Assembly: GCA_938038815.1 (NCBI GenBank)
Contig: CALHTF010000004.1
Coordinates: 6,824 to 70,823, forward strand
Reading direction: 5' to 3'
Length of the DNA: 64,000 bases
Origin: an uncultured Acidimicrobiales bacterium
GTDB taxonomy: Bacteria; Actinomycetota; Acidimicrobiia; Acidimicrobiales; SHLQ01
The position numbers were made by a program, and so were the translations under genes. Below are positions 46,761-56,800 of the stretch, in pieces. Numbering within the stretch: position 1 is the stretch's first letter; the number at the start of each line of letters is the position of its first letter. Below the pieces are notes generated by a model, which ran no database searches, was not told where the DNA came from, and saw only the letters and a program-made list of their open reading frames with translations.

Positions 46761-48388
46761 CAGCCCCGACAGGCGTCTTGTCCGCTGAAGAAGCCGATCT
46801 GGAAGGCCCGGGTGCGGGAGAACAGATCAGCGTCGCCCGAGCGGTCGGCTCCGGCTGCGGGGTGACGGAGCCGCAACATGGTTGCCAGCCCCTCATCGAG
46901 GTCGTCGGCCGACAGCTGCAGCGGGACCGACGAGGCCCGGTTCAGTGGGTCCGGTACCAAGATAACGCCGTCGTTCACGGCGCCACTCCAGGCTCCAGCG
47001 AAACAGTCGGCTACCTCTTCGAGCTGGGCACCCGAAACATTCAGGCCCAAGATGTCGACCATGGCATGGCCGTACTCGTGAGCGAATAGCTGCGATACCG
47101 CAAAGTCGCCGATACCGGCGTGAATGCGCTGCAGTTCGTCCTGGTCCCACGAGATCGAGGTGGTCGCCGGGCAGTAGAAGATCGGACCGTGGCTTCGAGT
47201 TGTGGCGCCCGGGCAGCTGGGTGCCCCACCGTTCGATGAGCTGAAGGCGTCGAGACCGAGCTGTTCTTCACCGAGTACCCGCAGCAGGTCGTCGCTGTAG
47301 AAGTCGTTGTTGGCGTTGATCACCACGTCGAGCGCAATCTCGTAGCTCATGTTCCCGCCGTTCTCGTCGTCCTCGGTGAACACGAGCGGAGTGATACGAG
47401 GCTTGTCGCCGCTGCCTTCGCGGTAGCTGGCGCAATAGTCGGGGCCGTTGATGAGACCGTCCTCGAACGAACCGATCCGGTCAAAGGCCGTACCGTGCGC
47501 GCCCTGGGCGAGCGGGTTGGTGCCCGGAGGGTCACGCAGCAAGAGGAACCCGGCTACCGCACCATCGAGCTCTTGACGGTTGAACGGTTCGACGACCGTG
47601 CTCTCGCCGGCTTGGACGCTGGCGACCCAAGCGCCGGCAAAGCAGTCGGCCTGAAGCTCTTTGAAGATCGTGGAGTTACCTGACACTCGCGCTCGTTCGG
47701 GACCTTGAATTGCGTGGCCCCATTCGTGGGCGAGCACCACACCAACCGCCGCGTTGCCAAAGTTCTTGCTGAGGTTGGGGAACAGGTAGAACTCGTCCCA
47801 GGTGATGTAGTCGCCCGCCGGGCAATAGATGGCGTTGCTCTTGAGCACCGATGCGGGCAGCCGCTGGCCACAAGACAGCGTGCGCTGGGGAGCTTCGGGG
47901 TTAAACGGGAAGAAGTCGGGGGCCCGGTAGTTCTGGCCGTACGTCTGGGGGTACTGCACTTCCCAGTAGGAGTTCACGTCGAGCGCCAACGCGTCGGCGA
48001 ACTGTACGAGTGCTTGTTGCTCGCCAGCGGAAAGGTCGTTGCGGTTGACACCGCTGACGCCGACGAGGTCGGGGCGGCCATTCGATGCACTGTTGCCGCC
48101 GCCTCCGCCGCCACCGGTTCCGCCGCCTCCACCCAAGCCGCCGCTAAAGGCGAGGAAAAGCACGAACAGCACAATCATCCCGATCAGGCCGAGTCCACTC
48201 TTGGGAGCGCAGCCGCCGGCGGGCATGCCGCCACCGGTAGGCATTCCGCCGCCGGTGGGAAAGCCGCCGCCGCCGGTACGGCGGGGTCGCCTGGACTGCG
48301 GATGCGGGAAACCGCCTCCTCGTGACCGGCCACCGCTTCCGCGTGAACCGCCACCTCGTGGAGCACCTCCGGATCGACCCAGACGCAT
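46760..48388 (-). CDS. Membrane-anchored neutral zinc metallopeptidase (YpfJ-like) with two tandem peptidase modules
   Basis: Gly/Arg-rich N-terminus plus a TM (LIGMIVLFVLFLAF), as in YpfJ-type proteins. Two modules, each with HExxH and a downstream ADCFAGAW: AHEWGHAIQ...ELQADCFAGAW and AHEYGHAMV...EEVADCFAGAW. Confidence 0.75.
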   Translation of the reverse strand: MRLGRSGGAPRGGGSRGSGGRSRGGGFPHPQSRRPRRTGGGGFPTGGGMPTGGGMPAGGCAPKSGLGLIGMIVLFVLFLAFSGGLGGGGGTGGGGGGGNSASNGRPDLVGVSGVNRNDLSAGEQQALVQFADALALDVNSYWEVQYPQTYGQNYRAPDFFPFNPEAPQRTLSCGQRLPASVLKSNAIYCPAGDYITWDEFYLFPNLSKNFGNAAVGVVLAHEWGHAIQGPERARVSGNSTIFKELQADCFAGAWVASVQAGESTVVEPFNRQELDGAVAGFLLLRDPPGTNPLAQGAHGTAFDRIGSFEDGLINGPDYCASYREGSGDKPRITPLVFTEDDENGGNMSYEIALDVVINANNDFYSDDLLRVLGEEQLGLDAFSSSNGGAPSCPGATTRSHGPIFYCPATTSISWDQDELQRIHAGIGDFAVSQLFAHEYGHAMVDILGLNVSGAQLEEVADCFAGAWSGAVNDGVILVPDPLNRASSVPLQLSADDLDEGLATMLRLRHPAAGADRSGDADLFSRTRAFQIGFFSGQDACRG

Positions 48389-48529
48389 ATTCGAACTCGA
48401 CTTTCTACAAACAACTAGCTGCTCCCAACGGATTAGGAGCGCTACCAGCGTAGTAGCCGACCAGCGAAAACTTCGGACGGGTGGCCGAAGCGAAGTAGGC
48501 AGTGGCCTACCAACGGGCGTGCCGGTTGC

Positions 48530-51500
48530 CTAGTAAGAGCGTGCTGATGCGGGCATCAGGTCGAGCAGTTCGGCGATCACCGACACTGGTCCAGGGCGAG
48601 CAAGACCAAACCCTTGGCCCCGTCGACACCCCATCTCCACCAGCTTCTCGCGATGCTCGGGTTCTTCGATACCTTCGGCGACCACCGCAAGATCAAGGGC
48701 TTCGGCGAGCTTGATGATCGACAACACGATCGCCTCGTCGGTTTCGTCGTCTTGCAGGTTCCGGATAAACGCCTGGTCGATCTTCAAAATGTCGACCGGG
48801 AACCGTTTGAGGTAGGCCAGCGAGCTAAAGCCGGTGCCAAAGTCATCGATCGCCAAGTGCACGCCGAGGGCTCGCAACTCGCTGAGGAGTCGTAACGATT
48901 CCTCTACGTCGGTCATGATCGCCGTTTCGGTGATTTCTAGGCAAAGTTGTTCGGCGGGCAAGCCGCTCTCGGACAGTGCCTCGGCCACCTCGGCCACGAT
49001 GGTTTCGCGTTCGAGTTGGCGGGCCGACAGGTTGACTCGGATCACCAGCGGTTCGGCCCGGCGGCTGTTCCACTCGGCGCCTTGGCGACATGCTTCGGTC
49101 AGTACGAAGCTGCCGATGTCGACCACCAAGCCGGTGTCCTCAGCGATGCCGATGAAAGCTCCGGCGGTCAGCACCCCGTCTTTGGGATGGTTCCACCGAA
49201 CCAGCGACTCGGCGCCGACGATCTTGTTGGTGATCAGGTCGTATTCGGGTTGGTAGTAGACCTCAAGCTCGCCGTACTCGAGCGCCCGTCGCAACTGGCC
49301 TTCGGTCTCGATCCGGTTGGCGACCGCCTCGCGGCTGCTTTCATCGAAGATCTCATAGCGGTGACGGCCCCGTTGCTTGGCCTGATACATGGCGGCGTCG
49401 GCGTGGCGCAGGACATCTTCGTTTGCGGTGTCTTCGGCGCTCGGGAAGGCAATGCCCACACTGCCGGTGACAAAGACCTCGTGGATTCCGGCTCGGATGG
49501 GTTCCTTCAACAGCTCGATCACCCGTTGGGCGACCGACACCGCTTCCATTTCGCCTACCGGCCCCCGAAGCAGCACGACGAACTCGTCGCCGCCGAGTCG
49601 GGCGACCAGGTCGGCTTCTCGAACCGCCAGACGCAGTCGGTCGGCGACGGTTCCAAGGATCTGGTCGCCGACGCTATGGCCGAGTGAGTCGTTCACGACC
49701 TTGAACCGGTCGAGGTCGATCATCAATACCGCTGCGTCGTCGGGTGCGCTGGGTGTGCCGAGACACAGGCCGAGTTCGTCGAGGAAGACTCGACGGTTGG
49801 CGAGGCCGGTGAGTTCGTCGTGGTTGGCTTGAAATTCGAGGCGCTCGCGGTTGCGACGCGCCCGGGTGACGTCTTCGATGTAGGACAGCACGTGTTCGGC
49901 AACGCCATCGGGCGAGGGAATTCGCACCGAGTTGACTCGACCAAACACCGGTCGATGGTCGGGACGGAAGAAGGCGAGTTCTCCCTTATGTCCGTCGGCA
50001 GCGTCGTCGAGCCAGCTGTCTTTGGCGTCGATGTAGTCGCCGAGGCCGTTGCCGATCAGGTGGTCTTCGTCGACGCCAAGGAAGCGAGCGAACGATGGGT
50101 TGGTCGACACGATCTGATTGTCGACATCGGTGACCAGAATGCCGACGGGCGCCTGGGAGAACGATGAGGCGAGGTATCGCTCGGCCTCGAGGCGAGCATC
50201 GAGTTGGCCGACCAGCGCAGCGATGGTTTCCAGCGACCGAATTTCAAGCTCGTGCCAGGCGGCGCCCGGCTCGCGCTCAAAGACCAGCGCGCCCGTGGTT
50301 GCCCCGCCGGTCACCAGCGGCACCAACAGGTACGACCCTTCGGTCAGTTGGTCGCGTCCATCGGGCGGGAACAGTTCGTGGCTGTTGTACACGTGGCCCA
50401 CCGGTTCGGGTAGGGCAACAACATCGGCGAGACCCGAGCCAGGTACGACCGCAAAGTCGCGGACCCGGTGACCCAAGCCTTGGGTTTCTTCGCCCGACCA
50501 GGCTTCGGTTACCGCAATGCGATGGACCGTCTGATCGAACCGCCACCGCATCACGCGGCGCACATCGAAGAAGGCACCGAGGGCAGCAAGAGCTTCGCGG
50601 CTACGGGCTCCTCCGGTGGTTGGGGTGGCGTCGATCAACGTCGCGGCGACCCGGCGAACCAGGTCCTCCACGCTGAGGCGTTGTCGTGATGCGGCCTCGA
50701 CGGTTGTGCGGGCTCGCAGCTGGGTAGCCAGGTTCGCAAAGGTCGACAGGCTCGCCAGTTCGGCGTCGGACCAGGTGCGCCGGTTCGAGGCCACGGCCAG
50801 CACGGTCGCCGCCTGGAACCGACCGACGGCCACGGGGACAAAGGCCACCGCATCGGCAGCGGTGCTCGCCAGGAGGGCTCTGTTCAGTTCGAGTTGGTCG
50901 ACCGTGCCCGTGGTTGGTTGGGTCGAGGAGAACAGGTCGGTGAGGACGGGTGAATCGAGCGGCAAGGTTTGCGCGACGTCAGGAGTGCTGGGCCGGGCGG
51001 GTGCCACCCACTCGTTGACCAACGTCGATTCTCCAGCAGCGAGGGCCGTGTCGCGAAGTTGCAGCACATCGAGCTTGAGTACTCGTGCGATGCGGCCCAT
51101 CGCACGGGTGATGTCTTCGTCGACGGTCTCCCATCGCGATTCGAGGAAGTTCGCGCTGATCGAGCCGAGCAGGGCGTCGAGGCGGGTGGCCTGTTCGTGG
51201 GCTTGTTCGATCGTGCGTTGCTCGGACCGGTCGGTGATGTGCATCGCAAACAGTGGCTCGTGATGGTTCACCCGCTGGAGCGTCATCTCGGTCGCCCGAC
51301 GCTCGTCGCCGTGCTGCGCTTGGGTCTCAAAGGTGAGCGACCGGCGTTCGCCGCGCAGCAACTCGCTTAGGGCGCTGAGGGTTTCGGACGGTAGGTCTTT
51401 GAGGTTGGCAAAGATTGGCTTGCCGACCAGCGCGGCGGGCTTGTGGCCAAAGGCATCGGTGGCCGCTGGGTTGGCGGTCAGGATCCGCAGTTGCTGGTCG

Positions 51501-51676
51501 AAGAGCACCACCGGGTGAGGCGACCCCCGAAACGATGCTCGGACCAACGCGAGCAGATCCGAGGAGGTACTCGGTGCTGTCGGTGTTCGTGGTTGCGAAT
51601 TTCCCACCAAAGCCATACTCGCTTTATCGGCAGAACCACCCCGGTTGCTTGAGCGCTGATCGGCAAACGACCCCAT
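48530..51676 (-). CDS. Multi-PAS/GAF sensor diguanylate cyclase/phosphodiesterase (intact GGDEF and EAL)
   Basis: 1048 aa with DELTGLANRR, RLGGDEFVVLL, YYQPEYDL...GAESLVRW, EITETA, DDFGTGFSSLAYLKRFPVDILKIDQAFI, AEGIEEPE and GQGFGLARP. Confidence 0.85.
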   Translation of the reverse strand: MGSFADQRSSNRGGSADKASMALVGNSQPRTPTAPSTSSDLLALVRASFRGSPHPVVLFDQQLRILTANPAATDAFGHKPAALVGKPIFANLKDLPSETLSALSELLRGERRSLTFETQAQHGDERRATEMTLQRVNHHEPLFAMHITDRSEQRTIEQAHEQATRLDALLGSISANFLESRWETVDEDITRAMGRIARVLKLDVLQLRDTALAAGESTLVNEWVAPARPSTPDVAQTLPLDSPVLTDLFSSTQPTTGTVDQLELNRALLASTAADAVAFVPVAVGRFQAATVLAVASNRRTWSDAELASLSTFANLATQLRARTTVEAASRQRLSVEDLVRRVAATLIDATPTTGGARSREALAALGAFFDVRRVMRWRFDQTVHRIAVTEAWSGEETQGLGHRVRDFAVVPGSGLADVVALPEPVGHVYNSHELFPPDGRDQLTEGSYLLVPLVTGGATTGALVFEREPGAAWHELEIRSLETIAALVGQLDARLEAERYLASSFSQAPVGILVTDVDNQIVSTNPSFARFLGVDEDHLIGNGLGDYIDAKDSWLDDAADGHKGELAFFRPDHRPVFGRVNSVRIPSPDGVAEHVLSYIEDVTRARRNRERLEFQANHDELTGLANRRVFLDELGLCLGTPSAPDDAAVLMIDLDRFKVVNDSLGHSVGDQILGTVADRLRLAVREADLVARLGGDEFVVLLRGPVGEMEAVSVAQRVIELLKEPIRAGIHEVFVTGSVGIAFPSAEDTANEDVLRHADAAMYQAKQRGRHRYEIFDESSREAVANRIETEGQLRRALEYGELEVYYQPEYDLITNKIVGAESLVRWNHPKDGVLTAGAFIGIAEDTGLVVDIGSFVLTEACRQGAEWNSRRAEPLVIRVNLSARQLERETIVAEVAEALSESGLPAEQLCLEITETAIMTDVEESLRLLSELRALGVHLAIDDFGTGFSSLAYLKRFPVDILKIDQAFIRNLQDDETDEAIVLSIIKLAEALDLAVVAEGIEEPEHREKLVEMGCRRGQGFGLARPGPVSVIAELLDLMPASARSY

Positions 51677-51711
51677 CCTGGGTGCGAGATAATTCGCGCT
51701 AGGTTCGGCCT

Positions 51712-52341
51712 ATGGTTTCCCCAGCTCAGCGTGATGAAGTTCCGGCCGGTCTGCATCGATATGCCGATGGCCGGATCGGGTGTTGGTGGGCGGGTGACGA
51801 CGAGCCCTACCAGCACTACCACGACACCGAGTGGGGCCGACCCACCACCGACGATCGGCGACTGTTCGAAAAGGTTTGCCTCGAAGGGTTTCAGGCCGGT
51901 CTTTCGTGGCTGACGATCCTTCGCAAGCGCGAGGCCTTTCGCATGGCGTTTGCCGACTTCGATGCCGAGGTCGTGGCGGCCTATTCCGAGCGAGATGTCC
52001 TACGACTACTCGATAACGCGGGCATCATCCGCCACCGCGGCAAAATTGAAGCCACGATCAACAATGCGCAACGCCTCCCCGACATCGTCGAAGAGTTTGG
52101 GTCGTTCAGTTCGTACTTGTGGGGGTTCCAGCCCGAACCCGATCAGCGGCCCGCCGTGATCGACTACGCGACGATGAGCGAGATCGCCGTGACCCCTGAA
52201 TCGACGGCGCTTAGCAAAGACCTTAAGAAGCGGGGCTGGAAGTTTGTTGGGCCGACCACGATGTACGCCATGATGCAAGCGATGGGTTTGGTGAACGATC
52301 ACCTCGAAGGCTGCTGGGTCCGAGCCGAACTCGAGGCCTAG
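51712..52341 (+). CDS. tag: DNA-3-methyladenine glycosylase I
   Basis: GCWWAGDDEPYQHYHDTEWGRPTTDDRRLFEKVCLEGFQAGLSWLTILRKREAFRMAFADFD is the canonical Tag pattern. Confidence 0.85.
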   Translation: MVSPAQRDEVPAGLHRYADGRIGCWWAGDDEPYQHYHDTEWGRPTTDDRRLFEKVCLEGFQAGLSWLTILRKREAFRMAFADFDAEVVAAYSERDVLRLLDNAGIIRHRGKIEATINNAQRLPDIVEEFGSFSSYLWGFQPEPDQRPAVIDYATMSEIAVTPESTALSKDLKKRGWKFVGPTTMYAMMQAMGLVNDHLEGCWVRAELEA

Positions 52342-52526
52342 CGGCCGACCCGCCGTTCGGCGAAGAGTTCACGTGAGCGAAAAAGTTTGCGGGTCATGGT
52401 TGTCGGATGGTGATGCGCCGATAACGTTTGGTGGCTGATCGAAATGGCTCCTCCGACGTCGGTGTCGGAGAATCCGCCTCGCGACGCAACGTACTGGTGT
52501 AAGGGCGGAGAACCCATCCACCGGAA

Positions 52527-53222
52527 GTGAAAATGGCTGCTCTAGAGCCCCTAGATCCAGAGCTAAAAACCGAATATCGAATCGCAGAAACCCCCCGTCA
52601 CCTGGGAGTTTCGCTCCTTGAGCCGACCTGGTACGCCACGGTTGGCAAGCGCATCTTTGACCTGGTTGTCGGGTCGCTGCTCGCGGTTGTTCTCTTGCCG
52701 TTGCTGGCGTTGTCGGCTGTGGTCGTTCTGCTTTCGGTCGGTCGACCAATGTTTTATCGCCAAGTGCGAGTAGGCGCCGGGGGCCGCCCGTTCCGGATCA
52801 TCAAATTCCGTACGATGACTGCCGAGCCGGTCATCGACCTAACCGACTCGCGGGTAGCCGATGGCCCGGTCGGCCTCGTGGTCGATACCCAGAACCGGAC
52901 GACCCGGGCAACCCGGCTTTTGCGCCGGTTGAGCCTCGACGAACTTCCCCAGATCTTCAATGTTCTGCGCGGCGAGATGAGTCTGGTTGGCCCTCGGCCT
53001 GAGGTTTGGGCGCTCGCTGCTGAAGCTGGGTTGATCAACCATGCTCGCAACCAGGTGAAGCCGGGAATGACCGGCCTGTGGCAGATCTCTCCCGAACGCC
53101 GGGGCGAGATTGCCGACGGGGTGCAACTCGACCTCGACTATGTCGCGTCGGTATCGCTACGGACCGACTTGGCTGTGCTGTTGCGTACGCCGATGGCCGT
53201 GCTGGCGTCCAACACCGAATAA
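52527..53222 (+). CDS. Polyprenyl-phosphate sugar-phosphate transferase (bacterial sugar transferase family)
   Basis: GKRIFDLVVGSLLAVVLLPLL, RPFRIIKFRTM, LRRLSLDELPQIFNVLRGEMSLVGPRP, PGMTGLWQIS and DLDYV. Confidence 0.8.
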   Translation: MKMAALEPLDPELKTEYRIAETPRHLGVSLLEPTWYATVGKRIFDLVVGSLLAVVLLPLLALSAVVVLLSVGRPMFYRQVRVGAGGRPFRIIKFRTMTAEPVIDLTDSRVADGPVGLVVDTQNRTTRATRLLRRLSLDELPQIFNVLRGEMSLVGPRPEVWALAAEAGLINHARNQVKPGMTGLWQISPERRGEIADGVQLDLDYVASVSLRTDLAVLLRTPMAVLASNTE

Positions 53223-53549
53223 CACCGCACCGAGTAGCACGCAGGGCGAGCACCCGCAGGACCATTTGGTCCTTTGTATACTTTCGTGTAGTTTCAGTCT
53301 ATTCCACACAATTCGTTCCTCCCGGTTTGTTCCGGTGACGGGGCCAAGGCGTGTGGAACCTCGACTTCCTCCCGAGTTTTCACCAACTAGCGCACCGCTT
53401 GGTCCGCCGAGCGGGTGCGTGGCGAACCATCGCATCGGGAGTTGTGCTTATGCCGGTACGTACCGGGTCTCTTTTCGGATTCCAGTTCTGTGCCCGAGGC
53501 GTTCGACGCGCTGGTCGCCCAACGCAATCACAGAGAAGAGAGCAGTGTT

Positions 53550-53819
53550 ATGTCCGAAGTACTGATCATGAACAAAGAGCAAATGGTTACCCTCAAGCGG
53601 GATTTCTTGGCCCGCGCCGAGCAGGTACAAGAGTTGCGCAACGGCCTGCAACGCACCCTCGACGGGACCACGTGGGATGGGCGACGGGCCCGAGAGTTTC
53701 GCCAGCTTTGGGTCGCAGAGTTTGCACCGAATCTGGTCAAGCTCGAGCAAGCGTTGCGCGAGAACGGGCGCTTCATTGGCAAAGAGCGCGCCAACGCCAT
53801 CACCGCGATGGATTCCTAG
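53550..53819 (+). CDS. WXG100-family (ESAT-6-like) small protein
   Basis: 89 aa from ATG 53550, preceded by a purine-rich agagaagagag. Predicted helix-turn-helix hairpin with central W-x-G (LDGTTWDGRRAREF, tgggatggg at 53673-53681). Lies directly upstream of the FtsK/SpoIIIE ATPase. Confidence 0.7.
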   Translation: MSEVLIMNKEQMVTLKRDFLARAEQVQELRNGLQRTLDGTTWDGRRAREFRQLWVAEFAPNLVKLEQALRENGRFIGKERANAITAMDS

Positions 53820-53850
53820 ACCACCACCAGAGGCGAGGGTTGGGCGACGC

Positions 53851-56800
53851 ATGAACGTCGTCGTCGAACACCTCGCCCGGCGGCGGGTCGTGATGATCGC
53901 GACGGCCGGGCCGGACCATCTGGTGGGCGATCTGGCGCTGGCGATCGCCAGCGGCGGAGGACACTGGGCCGACTTCGCGACCGCGACCCGATTCGAGATC
54001 GACGGAGTCGCTCAGGAGGCGTCGACGCCCCTTGGTGAGTCGGGGCTCCGGCCCGGGTCGGTCGTGCGGCACGCTGTCGAGTCGCCGACCTTTCATGACC
54101 GCGGCGGAGCCGCCCTCGGTGTGCTCGACGTGGTCGGTGGCCTCGAGTCGGGCCAGTCGCTCACGTTGCGCCCTGGCCGTTATGTGGTCGGACGCCTTCG
54201 CAGTGCCGACCTCACGCTCGAGTCGGCGACCGTTTCGCGACGACATGCCCGCCTCGATGTGTCGGCGGGCGGCGACCTTTCGATCACCGACCTCGGCTCG
54301 CACAATGGCACTGCGGTGCTGGGTCGATCCGCACGTGCCCTTTCGGTCGCGGGCGAACCACAACCGCTGGCGTGGGCGAGCCACGTCCGTGCCGGATCGG
54401 TAACCCTGGCGGCTCACGAGCCACCCACCGACGATGCGCCCCATCACCTCGCATCCCAACCGGTCTTTGGTGGAGTCGGTAGTCGACCGGTGTTTAACCG
54501 TCAGCCGAGGCCGCCCCTGGGTGGGCAAGGCCCACCGATGCACTTTCCCCAGCGGGGTAGGCCTGAGCGCTATTCACCTCGGTTCTCGTGGGCGGCGATC
54601 GTTGCCCCGTTGGTGCTCGGCGTCGCCATGGCGGTGTTGTGGGATCCGCTGTTCGCGCTCTTCATCTTGTTGAGCCCCGTGCTGACCTTGGCGAACTGGT
54701 GGGAGGAGCGTCATCAGCACCGCCGTGAACGCAAGCGTCTCGAGCGAGACTTCACCCATGACCTCGCCCGGTTCGAGACCGAGCTGCAACAGCGCTTGGT
54801 CGTCGAGGCGAATCGCCGCTGGGCGCAACATCACCACCTCGCCGAGGTGCGGCGCCGGGTCGTGGTACCGAGCGTGCGACTATGGGAACGGCGACCTCAC
54901 CACGCTGACTTCCTGCGGGTTTCGATCGGCCGAGGCGACGCGGGGTGGACGCCGCCCACCAACGACGAGCAAGACCAAAAGCCCGAACCCGAGGTGGCCG
55001 AGTTGCTCGCCACCACCTCGATCCTGGCCGACGTGCCGATCGAACTCGACCTCTCGGCGGGCACGGTGGTGGGACTCACCGGCGATCGCCACAGCCGGAC
55101 GAGCCGAGCGGTCGCCCGGTCGATCATCGCGCAGTTGGTCGTGCATCACGGCCCGGCCGACCTGGAGATCGGCGTACTGGTCGAACCAGGAACCGCTCAC
55201 CATTGGGAGTGGGCCAGTCTCGTGCCTCACGCGATCGATCGGCACGGTGCCGGCCGCGGCGGGTTGATTGGAGTGGGCGAACACCGGATCGCCGAGCTGG
55301 CGAACCGGTGGGTTGGCCGCTCGGGCGAATCGGTTCCGGCGGTGGTGGTGGTCGACGGCGAGTCGTTGTTCGCCGGACGCGACGCACCGGTTCGACGGCT
55401 CGCTCAAGCCCCCAACGTCACCCTCGTCGTCCTCGCACCGAACGCCGACTGGCTGCCCGGCCGAACCGAAACGATCGTCGAAACGTCGAGTGAAGCCGGC
55501 GTAGCGGTGGTTCGAACCGTGAACGGGCCGGTCTCTGGGCCGGTACTGCTCGACGGGCTCGCAAGCAGCGCCGCGTGGCGAATTGGCGCCGCGTCGGCCC
55601 GCTTCGACGACCCCGAATTACAAATCGCCGGCGCCGGAGTTCCCGCCAGCACGGGACTCGGTGTGCTCTTTGGCGAACCGGTCACGGCGGAGTCGATCGG
55701 TCGGCGTTGGGCGTCGAGTGCCGCCTCGGGTTCGATCGCCACGCCCATCGGCATCGATGCGTTCGGTACCGTCATGCTCGACCTCATCGCCGACGGACCT
55801 CACGGTTTGGTCGGGGGTACGACCGGCTCGGGGAAAAGCGAGCTGCTCCGAACGATGGTTGCTTCCTTGGCCGCCACTGCCGACACCGAGACGGTCTCGT
55901 TTCTCCTCATCGACTACAAGGGCGGCAGTGCCTTCGACGGGTGCGTCGGGCTACCCCACACGGTCGGGGTCGTGACCGACCTCGATCCTGCCCTCAGCGA
56001 ACGCGCCCTGCGGTGTCTCGAGGCCGAACTCGAATATCGCGAACGCCTACTGCGGTCGTTTGCGGTCGAAAGCATCGACGCATATCGAGATCGACGAGCG
56101 GTGGACTCGGGACTCGAACCGTTGCCGCGGCTCGTGGTCGTTATCGATGAGTTCGCGACGTTGCGCACCGAACTACCCGATTTCGTCGACGCGCTTATCG
56201 GCGTTGCGCAGCGCGGCCGGAGTCTCGGGGTACACCTCATCTTGGCCACCCAACGTCCGAGTGGTGCGGTCGATGACAACATCCGAACCAACACCAACAT
56301 TCGGATCGCCCTTCGCGTCCTCGACGCTGCCGATTCGATCGATGTGATCGGGATCGACGATGCGGCGGCGATTGGCGCCGCTCAGCCTGGCCGGGCTTGT
56401 TTGCGGTCGGGTCCAAAGGCGGTCACCACCTTTCAGTCAGCTCGCGTTACCGGCCCCGCGCCGAGCGACGCCGACCACAACTTGGTCGTCGTGCCGACCT
56501 GGCTTGGCGAGCCGGTAGAGCCCTTCGACCCCACGCAGCGCCAGGCCGATGGGGTCACCGAGCTCCAAGGTCTGGTCGAGGCGACGCTCGAGGCTCACGC
56601 CGCGACCGGCCACGCGCTTCCTCGGCGACCGTGGCCCGACCCGTTGGCGGCTGACCTCATGTTGGGTGATGTCGGCGGGCATCCCGATTCGTTTGGGCTC
56701 GTCGACGATCCCGAACAACAACGCCAGTTCCCCCTTAGGTGGGAAATGAGTGACGCAAACGCGGTCGTCGTTGGAGCGAACCGGAGCGGAAAGACCACCG

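Noticed and set aside
52342-52526. Possible c-di-GMP or other riboswitch upstream of the sugar transferase (hairpin CTCCGAC-gtcggt-GTCGGAG).
   Set aside because: I could not recognise any conserved riboswitch core sequence. There is only a generic 7-bp hairpin.
53110-53854. ORFs 53110-53565 and 53351-53854 as a possible second Esx/WXG partner upstream of, or overlapping, the WXG100 gene.
   Set aside because: They are Arg-rich, have no W-x-G helical-hairpin pattern, and overlap the real WXG100 frame. I found no second small helical ORF.
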